The position numbers and the translations under genes were made by a program. Below are positions 40,410 to 53,113 of a DNA stretch of 64,000 bases, piece after piece. The notes under the pieces are model-generated. The model saw nothing but the letters and a program-made list of their open reading frames with translations, was not told where the DNA came from and ran no database searches. The DNA comes from Octopus vulgaris. Its lineage: Eukaryota. The DNA lies in NCBI GenBank assembly GCA_951406725.2, contig OX597820.1, positions 32,488,001-32,552,000 of the forward strand. The letters are read 5' to 3'. How positions within the stretch are numbered: the first letter of the stretch is position 1; every line of letters begins with the position of its first letter.

Positions 40410-41183
40410 CATCACCATCATCATCAACAACAACATCATTGGTTAGATAGAAGCGGAAGGGCGTCGTTATTTGTCTCAAGGACGTCAAAGACTAATGAGT
40501 GGGAGGGAAGGAGTTTTTGAACCCATTGACATATCCTGGATGTCTTTAACAGTGTCAAGTCGACATAACGTAACCAAGAGGACAGGCAGGAATTTGTGAA
40601 ACTCGGGTCGGGTTACGTCTACCACTTCAACGCAGGAACAATCGAATCGATAACCACAAAGACTCAAAGTAAAGTTCATACTCCGTAGCCATACTATAAC
40701 ATTGCACTCATAAATATACTACTTCTGAGAAAGAGCAGGGATGGTCATGCTGGGAGCGTCTTTGATCTTAGATGTTTGTTTTTTTTTAAATCAGGACAAG
40801 CCAATAAATATGAACAACACAAAAACGCAAGGTAATTTTCAAAATTAATATTTATCGACTTCTGCCCTCTTTTCCCACCACCGTTAAGCATTAATCAGAG
40901 ATTAGAAATGTGATAGATTATATCATGGAAAAAAAAAAGAGGTGAACTGGCAGAGTCGTTAGCGCGTTGGACAAACATCCTTGACAGTATATCTTTCGGC
41001 TTTGCGTTCAGATGACACCAAAATCGACTTATCCTTTTGGGGTCGGCGTTATCGACCCCAAAATTTTCAGACCTTGTAACTTATTGTAAAAAGGAAACAT
41101 TCTTGAGATGATCCAACAAACACGAGTCTCGTTTTGCTTCTAGAGTTCACGTTTTCAATTTTTATATTTGCTTTGCAATAAAA

Positions 41184-41512
41184 GACCCCCTTCGGTCATG
41201 AATGACCATGGGATTGCACCTAGAAAGTTACCCTCCTAGACACAAGTCCGGGCAAGGTTGTTTATGGAAGACCAGCAGTCGCCCATGCATACCAGCCTCC
41301 CCTCTCCACGCCACCAGTGTTATCCAAGGGATAAGGCAAAGGCCTATACAGCTTGGCACCAGTGACGTCGCAACTTATTACTACAGCTGAGTGAACTGGA
41401 GCAACTGAAATAAAGTGCTTTGCTCAAGAACACAACACGCAGCCCGGTCCGGGATTCGAGCTCACAACCTCACGATCGTAAGCTCGACTCTCTAACCACT
41501 GAGCCATGCGCC
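41184..41512 (-). mobile_element. SINE family C, full length, with 16-bp TSD
   Basis: Head GGCGCATGGCTCAGTGGTTAG..GCTCGAATCCC; TTGCTTTGCAATAAAA is duplicated at 41168-41183 and 41513-41528. Confidence 0.92.
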
Positions 41513-41632
41513 TTGCTTTGCAATAAAAAGAAGATAAATACAGAACTGCTATATGATACTAGAGGGTTACCTGTCATATGATGGGCAATTCTGGAAGTAG
41601 CCTTTTGCAAGCTTAGAAAATAACAGGAAATA

Positions 41633-41838
41633 TACTCTTTTATTTGTTTCAGTCATTTGACTGTGGCCATGCTGGAGCGCCGCTTTTAGTCGAGTAAATC
41701 GACCCCCAAGACTTATTCTTTGTAAGCCTAGTACTTATTCTATCGCTCTCTTTGCCGAACCGCTAAGTTACGGGGACGTAAACACACCAGCATCGGTTGT
41801 CAAGCGATGTTGGAGTGGGGAAAAACACAGACACATAA

Positions 41839-41875
<37 letters not shown>

Positions 41876-42038
41876 CGACGGGCTTCTTTCAGTTTCCGTC
41901 CACCAAATCCACTCACAAGGCTTTGGTCGGCCCTAGGCTATAGTAGAAAACACTTGCCCAAGGTGCCACGCAGTGGGACTGAACCCGGAACCATGTGGTT
42001 AGTAAGCAAGCTACTTACCACTCAGCTACTCCTGCGCC
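41633..42038 (-). mobile_element. SINE family A, full length
   Basis: Collinear with 61722-62123. Confidence 0.9.
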
Positions 42039-42158
42039 TATATGGTACCCATACAATAATAATAATTTTACTTTTATCAAATTACTGTAATTTAACTTTT
42101 AACAAAATTTTAGTTAAAAAATATGATGAAATGGGTATCAATTTTCAAAAGAAAAATA

Positions 42159-42558
42159 TCTTTATATATAAAAGAGAGGTTGTGTGTCTGTCTCCTACGA
42201 TTTAGATTCCTAACTACTCCCACATTTTGCGGTGCCGTTTAACCAAAAGCGGGTATCTTATAGTCGTGATTCATATCGAGCCCTTCTGGGTATTAGCGCG
42301 CGTCTACGATGAGTCTACGATTTTAAAAATAATTTACCATCATTTTTTTCCATTTTAATGCATTTTTTTTCGCTATGATATAAGGGAAGTAACTCTCTAA
42401 AAATGTCTACGATGAGTCAACGATTTAAAAAAAAATTTACCATCATTTTTTTTCCCATTTTTAATGCATTTTTTTGCTATTTTTTTGCTATAACTCTCTA
42501 AAAATGCTTTATAGTTGTTTCCCTTACAAACCCGAGCAACGCCGGGCGATACTGCTAG
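42159..42558 (+). mobile_element. Non-autonomous Helitron (400 bp)
   Basis: A|TCTTTATATATAAAAG...CCCGAGCAACGCCGGG-CGATACTG-CTAG|T; no TSD; homologous to 7332-7724. Confidence 0.9.
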
Positions 42559-42824
42559 TTTACTTTAAAATATTATTAAGTATAACAAGTTTCTCATTTG
42601 TATAGCATTTCCCATAACTACTGTGTCATATCCTCCTCCTCCTCCTCCTCCTACTCGGTTTGTATGATTGTTTCTCTCCAGTTATCCTGCACCTCTTATG
42701 TTAACTCTCTGAATCACTCATTTTCTCTTTCTCCTCCCCCTCTCTCAATACTATGTAAAACTTAACTGAAGAACCAAACAACCAACCAACCAATAAATAT
42801 CTGTTGGCTATTATTATTATCTTT

Positions 42825-43047
42825 AATCGTTTTCTTACTTCAGGCAATAGACTGCGGCCATGCTGGAGTACCGCCTTGTTTTAGTCGAACGAATCGACCT
42901 CAATGCTTATTTTTTAAAAACTTAGTAATTATTCTATCGGTTTCTTACGCCGAACCGCTATGTACACACACACACATATATTCTCATACACGCGCACACA
43001 CGCTAGGTTTCTTTTCAACGTCTCACAAATCCAGTCACAAAAGTTTA

Positions 43048-43096
<49 letters not shown>

Positions 43097-43805
43097 CTTT
43101 ACGTCTATGTTTGTTGCCACACTTCCACCACGCTTGACAACCACTGTTAATCTGTTCGCGTCTCTGTAACATTAGCGGTTCGGTAAAAGCATCGATAGAA
43201 TGAATATTAAAAGAAGAACAAAAATCATAAGTACTGGAGGCGATTTATTCAACTAAACCCGTCAGCCTGGTGCTCCAGCATGACCACAATCTAATAATTG
43301 AAACAAGTGAAAGATAAAAACGAATGTGATTATATTCCTATTCCCATTTTATTTTGTTTTATTTATTCTTTTATTTTTTACTTGTTTCAGTCATTTGACT
43401 GCTGCCATGCTGGAGCACCGCCTTGAAGGGTTTTAGTCGAACAATTCGACCATAGCGATTATTTGTCTTTAAAATCAAGAACTTATTCTGTCGTTCTTTT
43501 TTGCCGAACCGCTAAGTTACGGTGACATAAACACACCAACACCGGTTGTCAAGCGGTGATTGGTGGGACAAACACAGAAACAAAGACACACAACACAGAT
43601 ATATACATATATACACACACCTACGCACACACGTGTGTGTGTGTGTGTGTATACACACACATATACGACGGGCTACTTTCAGCTTCCCTCTGCTAAATCC
43701 ACTGACAAGGCTTTGGTTGGCCCGAGACTAAAGTAGAAAACACTTGCCCAAGGTTCCACGCAGTGGGACTGAAACCGGAACCAAGTGGTTGGGAGGCAAG
43801 CTTCT
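42825..43805. mobile_element. Cluster of three SINE family A pieces in alternating orientation (42825-43035 -, 43120-43320 +, 43375-43805 -)
   Basis: The tail motif CCATGCTGGAG/CTCCAGCATG appears on alternating strands. Confidence 0.8.
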
Positions 43806-44152
43806 TTATTTCATATAGATTTGCCATACAGGCATTACAGAGAGGGGACAAACAAGGGCAGACAAACATAAGGGGTGAAGAAGCTATAACGTTTTAAAAT
43901 TGTCAAATCAATCGAATGAAAAAATGAATCGATGAAATATGCAATAAAGATCTTAAATTTTAAATAAGTCATTGCGTTCCGCAATGAGGAGCGCTGAAAT
44001 AAAGGCACCCAGCCATCGGGATAGAACCTTTACTTTTTAACCTGACCTCACTTACCTGGTGCCAATCGCAACCAGCTTGCTCACCACAGGCTTCCATCTT
44101 TTCACAAACATATCACGTGACAGGCACTTCTTCTTCAGTTTGATCTTACTAC

Positions 44153-44382
44153 CGGCGAGCTGGCAGAAACGTTAGCACGCCGGGCGAAATGCTTACCAGT
44201 ATTTCGTCTGCGTTACGTTGTGAGTTCAAATTCCGCCGAGGTCGACTTTGCCTTTCATCCTTTCGGGGTCGATAAATTAAGTACCAGTTACGCACTGGGG
44301 TCGATGTAATCGACTTAATACCTATGTCTTTCCTTGTTTGTCTCCTCTGTGTTTAGCCCCTTGTGGGTAATAAAGAAATAGG
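44153..44382 (+). mobile_element. SINE family B monomer, well preserved
   Basis: GGCGAGCTGGCAGAAACGTTAGC (A-box-like)..GAGTTCAAATTCC (B-box-like)..GCCTTTCATCCTTTCGGGGTCGATAAA..GCCCCTTGTGGGTAATAAAGAAATAGG. Confidence 0.9.
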
Positions 44383-45095
44383 TAACTAAAAAAGTTAACC
44401 AGCTCCTGGTCAGAGACAAAGGTACCTGTCACTATACCTTTCACACGCGTCTTCCATACTGTTTCTTTCGGTATAGGGGTAAGCAAGCTTCTTACTTCTC
44501 TCCCCCCCCTCTACGCCTACTTATTTACTTTTTAATAATTCATGTGTATAGAGAGAGTTCACGGTTTCGATTTCTAACGATGTTTTGTTATTAAGAAGGA
44601 TAAATGCGAAACTATTTAATGATATCCTGTTCGCGGTGCGTTCAACTACAATGGCGGCCGACGTTACGGTGCTTTGCATAACTAGTTTAATCAAGTTGTT
44701 TTGTAGTTACTTGGTCCCAAGTCAACCTTGGATCGGAGCTTTGAACGTAACACCGATCAATCAGGGCAATCAAAAAACCAATTTCAACTAAACAAACATC
44801 ATCATCATCATCATCAACAACAACGACAGCAACAACAAAAACAACAACAACAGCAAGAACACCAACAATGACAACTGCAACATCAACGGAGGATGAAGGG
44901 GGATACTCGGGGTGTTCATACCTGAGTGACTGTGAAGAACTGAAGTGGATGATTGAGTGAGTGAGTGAGTGAGTGCTCGTATTTAGAGCATGACTTAGTG
45001 AATCTAACGGGTATGTGTATGTATGTATGTATGTATGTATGTATGTATGTATGTATGTATGTATGTATGTATGTATGTATGTATGTATGTATGTA

Positions 45096-45187
45096 CGAGG
45101 GGATGCTGAATTGTTCCTGGCTTTGTATAAAAAAAATACAAGAGGATCATTTTTCGTTGTTGTTGTTGTTGTTGTTGTTGTTGTTGC

Positions 45188-45220
<33 letters not shown>

Positions 45221-45447
45221 CATCATCATCATCATCATCATCATTATTATTATTCAGGTCACTGCTTGGAATCTTTGGGTTAGTAGCCCGCGTTCATATG
45301 GCGTAGTGGTTAAGAGCGCGGGCTACTATTTTATCCAACATATTCTCCTCTCAGATTCACACACTTGTAAAAGAACACGGAAGTTTGGGTCTCCAACCAG
45401 GCCTTTCACGAAACCCTTAAATCCAGGAACTTTTCAGCATCCCCTCG
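45096..45447. mobile_element. Mariner-derived MITE with an internal microsatellite
   Basis: TIRs TA-CGAGGGGATGCTGAATTGTTCCTGG / CCAGGAACTTTTCAGCATCCCCTCG. Confidence 0.85.
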
Positions 45448-45597
45448 TCTGTCTGTCTGTCTGTCTGCCTGTCTGTCTGTCTGCCTGTCTGTCTATCTGT
45501 ATGTATGTTTGTATGTATGTATGCTTGTATGTATCTATGTATGTATTTCTGTTTGTGCGTATGTTTGTCTACTTAAATATGTATATATGTATATATA

Positions 45598-46082
45598 GGG
45601 ATATGTTGCTGTGTGGTAAGAAGTTTGCTTCCCAACCACACGGTTCTGTGTTCAGTCTTACTGTTCGGCACCTTGAGCAAGTGTCTTCTACTACTGCACC
45701 GGGCCAACCAAAACCTTGTGAGTGAATTTGGTAGATAGAAACTGATAGACGGCGGCGAGCTGGCAGAAACTTTAGCGCGCCGGGCGAAATGCCTCTCGTT
45801 TATACGTATATATCTATGTATCCTTGGGTTTATATTTAACCCTCACTACCTATTTCTTTATTACCCACAAGGGGCTAAACATAGAAGGGACAAACAAGGA
45901 CAGTAATAGGTATTAAGTCGATTACATCGACCCCAGTGCGTAACTAGTACTTAATTTATCGACCCCGAAAGGATGAAAGGTAAAGTCGACCTCGGCGGAA
46001 TTTGAACTCAGAACGTAACGGCAGACGTAATACCGCTAAGCATTTCGCCCAACGTGCTACCATTTCTGCCAACTCGCCGCCT
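45598..46082. mobile_element. SINE A 5' half (+), SINE B head (+, 45751-45792) and SINE B (-, 45848-46082)
   Basis: Family motifs as above. Confidence 0.8.
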
Positions 46083-46800
46083 TAGTATTTAACCCTCACT
46101 ACCACTTGACAACTGCTGTTGGTTTGTTTACAACTATGACTTCATCGTATATATATATATATATATTCTTGTATTCTTGTCACTAATTTTGACTAACAGT
46201 GCTGAAGCCTTTATATTGCAAAACAAAAGAGTTATGAATTCTTGATGTATGAAACGCATTAGAAATTTTAACTCTTATTTCTAGCATTCTCAGTCACGAT
46301 TGGTGACGATAAAATTTTTCCTTTATGGTCTTATATTGCGCTTAGCTGTTCATATTAAACATATATGTGTTTTGCATGTTTGAATGTATGCATGGATGTA
46401 TGCTTGCGTTACTCATCGACACGCGTCTACAAATGTGTATATATTATTGTACCTACATGTTCATCTTATACAGGCAAATGTCTACGTGTATATATGCGCA
46501 TACATGCATGCATACATACATACACACACACACATACATACATACATACATACATACATACATACATACATACATACATACATACATACATACATACATA
46601 CATGTATGCATATATGCATATATTCTTTTATTTATTTCAGTCATTGGAAGAATTTTCTTCCGTCTGGCTCTTTTTCTCTCTACCAAACAGAAAGTTGCAT
46701 TGCGGAACAGTGACTTTAACTAGTTTTCTTTTTACTAATTTTTCACCCGACGAGATACGTCTGCACCACCGGATACTCCTGAACCAGTTGTTGAGTGTCC

Positions 46801-46843
46801 CACCAGAGGAGTCGATTCTAGATGTGTCGAAATAATTGTTGTG
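46801..46843 (+). ncRNA. Degenerate hammerhead motif
   Basis: CAC-CAGAGGA-GTC..GTC-GAAA-TAATTG-TT-GTG; stem I CAC/GTG, core U4 changed to A. Confidence 0.45.
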
Positions 46844-46888
46844 ATTAATTGTATATTCTCGTATATTCCATCTTCTGTCTTTCATTTG

Positions 46889-46924
<36 letters not shown>

Positions 46925-46928
<4 letters not shown>

Positions 46929-47072
46929 ATATACAAGAGTAAACACATAAATGCGAAGCAAGGCGGAAAAAGTAGTACGCGAATACCAGAGGTAGAGTAA
47001 TATGTTTTATTAAACAGCAGCAAAAATATTACAAAAACTGTTACTCAGAATTTCACGTTCCCGTTCGTCGAA
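46925..47072 (-). mobile_element. Penelope-like terminal fragment with a truncated hammerhead motif (47036-47072), joined to a SINE A piece at 47073-47172
   Basis: - strand CGACGA-ACG-GGAA-CGT-GAAA-TTCTGAG-TA-ACAG. Confidence 0.5.
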
Positions 47073-47285
47073 GTGTGGCACCTTGGGCAAATGTGTTCTA
47101 CTATAATCTCGGGCCGACCAAAGCCTTGTGAATGGATTTGGTAGACGGAAACTGAAAATGAATCCCGTCGTATACATATGTGTGTGTGTGTGTGTGTATA
47201 TGTATGTATTTATGTGTGTGTGTGTGTAAATATATGTGTTTGTGCGTATAATAAGTATGTATACGTGTGCATATGTGTAAATATG

Positions 47286-47323
<38 letters not shown>

Positions 47324-47612
47324 CGCGTGTATTTCTATACATATATATACCTACACACATACATATATATATGTTTATATATACATATATATATATATAT
47401 ACACACACACACAAATGTATATGTATGCATGTATGTATGCATGGAGTTATATATTATTTATTATCATATATTATATACTATTTACTATATATATATGTCT
47501 ACACAGACACAGCGGACACATACAATCAACACACAAACAATTACACATACACGTGTCTATATATATATATATATACATACGCATGTACACATATAAATGT
47601 ACATCCAATAAT

Positions 47613-47649
<37 letters not shown>

Positions 47650-47743
47650 ACTTATTTACTTATATATGTGTATGTGTGTGTTTGTGTATGTATATGTGTA
47701 TTTGAGTATATGTGTAAGGATATATGTACACGTATGTATATAC

Positions 47744-47785
<42 letters not shown>

Positions 47786-48612
47786 TGTATATGTATATAT
47801 ATGTGTATGTACATATGTCTCTATGCATACATGTATATGTGTGTGTATACAAATATGTATGTATGTATGCATGTAAGTATGTATGTAAGTGTATTTATGT
47901 ATGTATGTATGTATGTAGGTATGTATGTATGTATGGAGTTATAGAAACTAACCAGTTTTGGTTGTGTAGAGAACGATGTAAGATTTTCCCATTCATGGCC
48001 AGCACAAAGAGGCATTTTCTTTTTGTTATTTTGTAGTTTGATTCTTTTTATATTTTGGGATCGTTGCTTTGTTGGCGCTCTTTGTTATTGCTGTTGTTGT
48101 TGTAGTTGATGGTGATGATGATGATGAGGAGGAGGAGGAGGAGGCAGAGGGGGAGGGTGCTGTTGCTGTTGTTTTATTAAGTTGTCTGTAATTAGATATA
48201 GCGAGCATAATCGACTGGAATTAGCTGGTAAACAGAGACGCAGGAAATCACAACAGGTGGCGCTTGTATCAACACGGCCGTCTTCATCTTGGGTCTTCTG
48301 GTGTCTTTGTCATCATCTTTGTCACTCTTGTCGATGTCGTCGTTGCCGTCGTGGTGGTCATCATTGCCGTCATCATCATCATCATCATCCTCATCATGAT
48401 TCTCTTCATCATCATCGTTTTCTTCATCATCGTCATCATCATCATCAACATCATCAGCATCGTCGAGTATTTAACACACACACACACACACAGATGCTTA
48501 TAATATTTGTCGCTGTATGTTTGATATTAAATAAACATTTACTGACAAATACTGCGACCGATGAAGGTAAATATGTAAATACAACGTAAATAATTGACTA
48601 CTACTACCACTA

Positions 48613-48658
<46 letters not shown>

Positions 48659-48688
48659 AATAATATTAATAATAATAATAATAATAAT

Positions 48689-48737
<49 letters not shown>

Positions 48738-48912
48738 TATCATTATTATTATTATTATTACTACTATTATTATTACTATTATTATTACTATTATTATTAT
48801 TACTATTATTATCATTATCATTATCATTATTATTTTTATTATTATTATCATCATCATCATCATCATCATTATTATTATTATTATTGTTGTTGTTGTTGTA
48901 GTTGTTATTATT

Positions 48913-49470
48913 TAGTGAGAGAGCAGTGCATGCCATCAAAGTGATACTGGGGTAAAATATACGAAGCCCATTATACCCATCATGACTACCCGTCTGATAG
49001 GGGTACACTAGGCACATGCATCACAATCACATATGCGCGGCATGGTGATCTCATATCAAGATAACCAGCACATGACCTAGCAGGTGGGGCCCAGCTAGAA
49101 GTTTTTTTCTGGTTGAGTAGCCCAGTGCATACAAAAGGTCCCTGAATAAGCGTTGTTTAAAGATGTTGAACGGAACACCCATGTTTCCAGAGGCGAATTA
49201 TTTTCAAACCCCGAAGAATCCCTCTCAACACATGGCTATGAGGCTGCCCCACCACTTCTGCTCGTGATCAGAGATGCACATATCGTCAGCCACTAAGGGA
49301 CATGCTCAACTGGTTAAGGTCAAACAACTGACAAACAAATCTGTTGTATTGAGCAGAGTATTTGTTGTAGCCCATCTTTTATACCAAGACAAAACAATGT
49401 ACATGATAACACTTCCAATCAGTTAAGATCAGAAGCCATGAGAGCCACTGCCTGGTACTGCATCAGGACA
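48913..49470 (-). mobile_element. (TAA)n-associated element, full-length, more diverged
   Basis: Same termini as 39517-40072; TTA-rich flanks. Confidence 0.92.
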
Positions 49471-49512
49471 TTTATTATTAGTATTATTATTATTATTATT
49501 ATTATTATATTA

Positions 49513-49579
<67 letters not shown>

Positions 49580-50133
49580 GAGTGAGAGAGCAGTGCATGC
49601 CATCAAAGTGACACTGGGGTAAAATATACGAAGCCCAATATACCCATCATGACTACCCGTCTGATAAAGGTACACCAGGCACATGCATCACAACCATATG
49701 TGCGCGACATGGTGATCTCATATCAAGATAAACAGCACATGACCTTGCAGGTGGGGCCCAGTTAGAATTTTCTTCAGGTTGAGTAGCCCATCCCGCTCAA
49801 AAGGTCCCTGAATAAGGGTTGTTTAAGGATGTTGAAAGAACCACCCATGTTTCCAGAGGTGAATTATTCAAACCCCAAAGAATCCCTCTCAACACATGGC
49901 TATGATGCTCCCCCACTACTTCTGCTCGTGATAAGAGATGCACATATCGTCAGCCACTAAGGGACATGCTCAACTGGTTAAGGTCAAACAACTGACGAGC
50001 AAATCTGTGGTATTGAGCAGAATATTTGCTGTAGCCCATCTTTTATACCAAGGCAAAAGAATGTACATGATAACACTTCCAATCAGTTAAGATCAGAAGC
50101 CATGAGAGTCACTGCCTGGTACTGCATCAGGAC

Positions 50134-50134
<1 letters not shown>
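49580..50134 (-). mobile_element. (TAA)n-associated element, full-length
   Basis: Same termini; (TTA)n on both sides. Confidence 0.92.
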
Positions 50135-50184
<50 letters not shown>

Positions 50185-50186
50185 TA

Positions 50187-50265
<79 letters not shown>

Positions 50266-50267
<2 letters not shown>

Positions 50268-50987
50268 GTCGGCGAGAAAGCAGAATTGTTAGCACGCCGG
50301 GCCAAATGCTTAGCAGCATTTCCTCCATCTTTACGTTCTGAGCTCAAATTCCGCCTAGGTTGACTTTGCCTTTCATCCTTTCAGGCTCGACGAACTAAGT
50401 ACCAGTTGTGTACTGGGATCGATGTAATAGACTTATCACTTGCCTCGAAATTTCAGGCCTTGTGCCTACTGTAGAAAGAATTAGTTTTGTTGTTGTTTTT
50501 GTAGTTGCTGTTATTAGCAGACGCCCTGGCGGCGGCTGTATGTTAAGACAGAAGTGCAGGCGTGACATGTGGTATCATGTTTGCTTCCCAACCGTAAGGT
50601 CCCGGGTTCAGTCCTACTAAGTGACACATTGGACAAATGTCTTCTACTATAGCCTCAGGCCGACCAAATCTTTGTGAGTGAATTTGGTAAACAGAAACTG
50701 AGAGAAGCCCTTCGTATAGATATATATGTGTGTGTGTGTGTATGTGTGTGTACGTGTGTGTGTTAGTGTCTGTGTTCTGTGACTGCATTTGTCCCCCACC
50801 TACCGCTTGATAACCGATGTTGGCGTGTTCGCATCTCCGTAGCCTAGCGGTTCAGCAAAAGAGACCAATAGAATAAGTACCACGCTTTAAAACAATAAGT
50901 ACTGGAGTCAATCTGTTCGGCTAAAACCCTTCAAGGTGGTGCCCCAGCACGGCTGTAGTCGAATAACTGAAACGAATAAAAGATAAA
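50266..50987 (+). mobile_element. SINE family B (50266-50482) followed by SINE family A (50552-50987)
   Basis: Family motifs. Confidence 0.82.
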
Positions 50988-51391
50988 ACAAAAATCTGAT
51001 ATCTATTTTAATAAGGGGTTTGTTCATATTTTCACCTGTGTTTCATTTTGTTTTCCACTTCAGTATTGGTTTTAGAAATGTCAAATAAAAACTACTTATT
51101 TTCGTTAAATTCAAATTACGATGAACGTAAACGAACAAACGAAGTTTGCTTCAGAAGCGTTGAGATGTCTTAGAAAGTTAAAGAAGTGATTTTAAACGCA
51201 GGATAATGCTAATAATATAGCCTGAACAGGATAAGCTACCCCTATTTTGCAGAAAAAAAGTGTAGGCGGCCGCCCGAAACATCTTAAGCTGAGCTATGCC
51301 TGCAATTTTATTACTTTGAGTTTAGATATTATTGTATTAGATATATTTTTACGTATGTATTATTATAAATAAAATATAAATAAATGTTTCC

Positions 51392-51598
51392 TCTGGAGCC
51401 GGTTTCAGTGGTGTAGAAATTCCCCTCCTGGACGGGACTCCAGTCCGTCAAAGGATTTCTCATTTTTGCCAGCTGAGTGGCCTGGAGCAACTTGAAATGA
51501 AGTGTTTTGTCCAAGAACACAGCGCATCGTCCGGTCCAGGAATCGAAACCACAACCATAAGATCATGAGTTCAACACCCTAACCACTAAGCCACGCGA
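51392..51598 (-). mobile_element. SINE with family C-type head/CORE-like block and a V-domain-like 3' part
   Basis: - strand ..GTGTTCTTGGACAAAACACTTCATTTC..CACTCAGCTGG..GACGGACTGGAGTCCCGTCCAGG..GAAACCGG. Confidence 0.7.
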
Positions 51599-52071
51599 AT
51601 CCACATGTATTATTATACTCTTGTATAATTGTAAGCTTATTGAAACAGATTGCGTAGTATTTCTAAAGAATAATTAATTATACTTGATATAATTATTACT
51701 TAAGAATTTGTGAATAAGTTAAATGAATGTAATTATTTTGACAATTAATTAAATATAAGTCAAGCTGATGTGTATGTATGTGTATGTGTGTTGTGTGAGT
51801 GTGTGTGGTTATGAGGACGGGCAAGGCTAAAAATGAAGTGTCTGTTTTCCGACCAAGGGCGGGATTTCCAATTGCCATCAAATGAGCGTTTGAACGAAAC
51901 TCTATATCAGATTTTCTTAATGTTTCTGTTTAATACTCACCCGTCTCCTTTTACCAACCTTTCTCAATGGCCCCATCTTATTACTCAACGCTCTTTGCCG
52001 CCCCATAACTTAGCGCCGAGTACAAGATTGCCGCTGACAAATATTTACCACAGCACTAACCTACGTAGTAT

Positions 52072-52485
52072 TACTCTTTACTCTTTTACTCTTTTACTTG
52101 TTTCAGTCATTTGACTGCGGCCATGGTGGAGCACCGCCTTTAGTCGAGCAAATCGACCCCAGGACTTATTCTTTGTAAGCCCAGTACTTATTCCATCGGT
52201 CTCTTTTGCCGAACCGCTAAGTGACGGGGACATAAACACACCAGCATCGGTTGTCAAGCAATGCTAGAGGGACAAATACACAAACATATATACACACATA
52301 CATATATATATATACATATATACGACAGGCTTCTTTCAGTTTCCGTCTACCAAATCCACTCACAAGGCATTGGTCGGCCCGGGGCTATAGCAGAAGACAC
52401 TTGCCCAAGATGCCACGCAGTGGGACTGAACCCGAGACCATGTGGTTGGTTAGCAAGCTACTTACCACACAGCCACTCCTGCGCC
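52072..52485 (-). mobile_element. SINE family A, full length, little diverged
   Basis: Nearly identical to 61722-62123; (TAAAAGAG)n tail. Confidence 0.92.
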
Positions 52486-52814
52486 TTAGTGAATTTTTTA
52501 TACATCACCGCTTGACTCAACTTTTAGCCCGTAGTGGTTTCCCCCAAAATTCAGCACATATTGTTTGTGTTTCATATACACCGTCGTTGGTATCAGTTGA
52601 AACGTATCTTTATATTTCAATTTATGGATGCATGAAATCCCATAGATTTTTAAAAAAAAAGTTTGATTTGAAGCAGGCATACAACTGGTAAAATGTCAGG
52701 CATTGTCGAAAGAGAAAAAAAAAACAGCAAAAAAATTTGAAACTAAGAAAAAAGATCACTAACAATAGCAAGCAGAACACATTTCTTGGAACCATACGTA
52801 ATTTAGTATTTCGA

Positions 52815-53038
52815 TTACTCTTTTACTTGTTTCAGTCATTTGACTGTGGCAATGCTGGAGTACCGCCTTTAGTCGAGCAAATCGACCCAAGTACTTATTC
52901 TTTGTAAGCCTAGTACTTATTCTATCGGTCTCTTTTGCTAAACCGCTAAGTTACGGGGACGTAAACACACCAGCATCGGTTGTCAAGCGTTGTTGGAGGG
53001 GGAACAAACACACACACACAGACAGACACACACACACA

Positions 53039-53113
<75 letters not shown>

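Noticed and set aside
40440-40700. Unique GC-richer islands as possible exons (also 4330-4530, 7000-7310, 29270-29405, 44590-44790)
   Set aside because: Short interrupted reading frames, no clear splice pairs and no recognisable homology.
41440-41512. tRNA-like sequences here and at other SINE heads
   Set aside because: A/B boxes are present but acceptor stems are incomplete and the sequence runs into SINE bodies; they are SINE heads, not tRNA genes.
41807-42205. Recurring peptide [29 protein letters not shown] in several ORFs
   Set aside because: Antisense translation of SINE family A, not a protein family.
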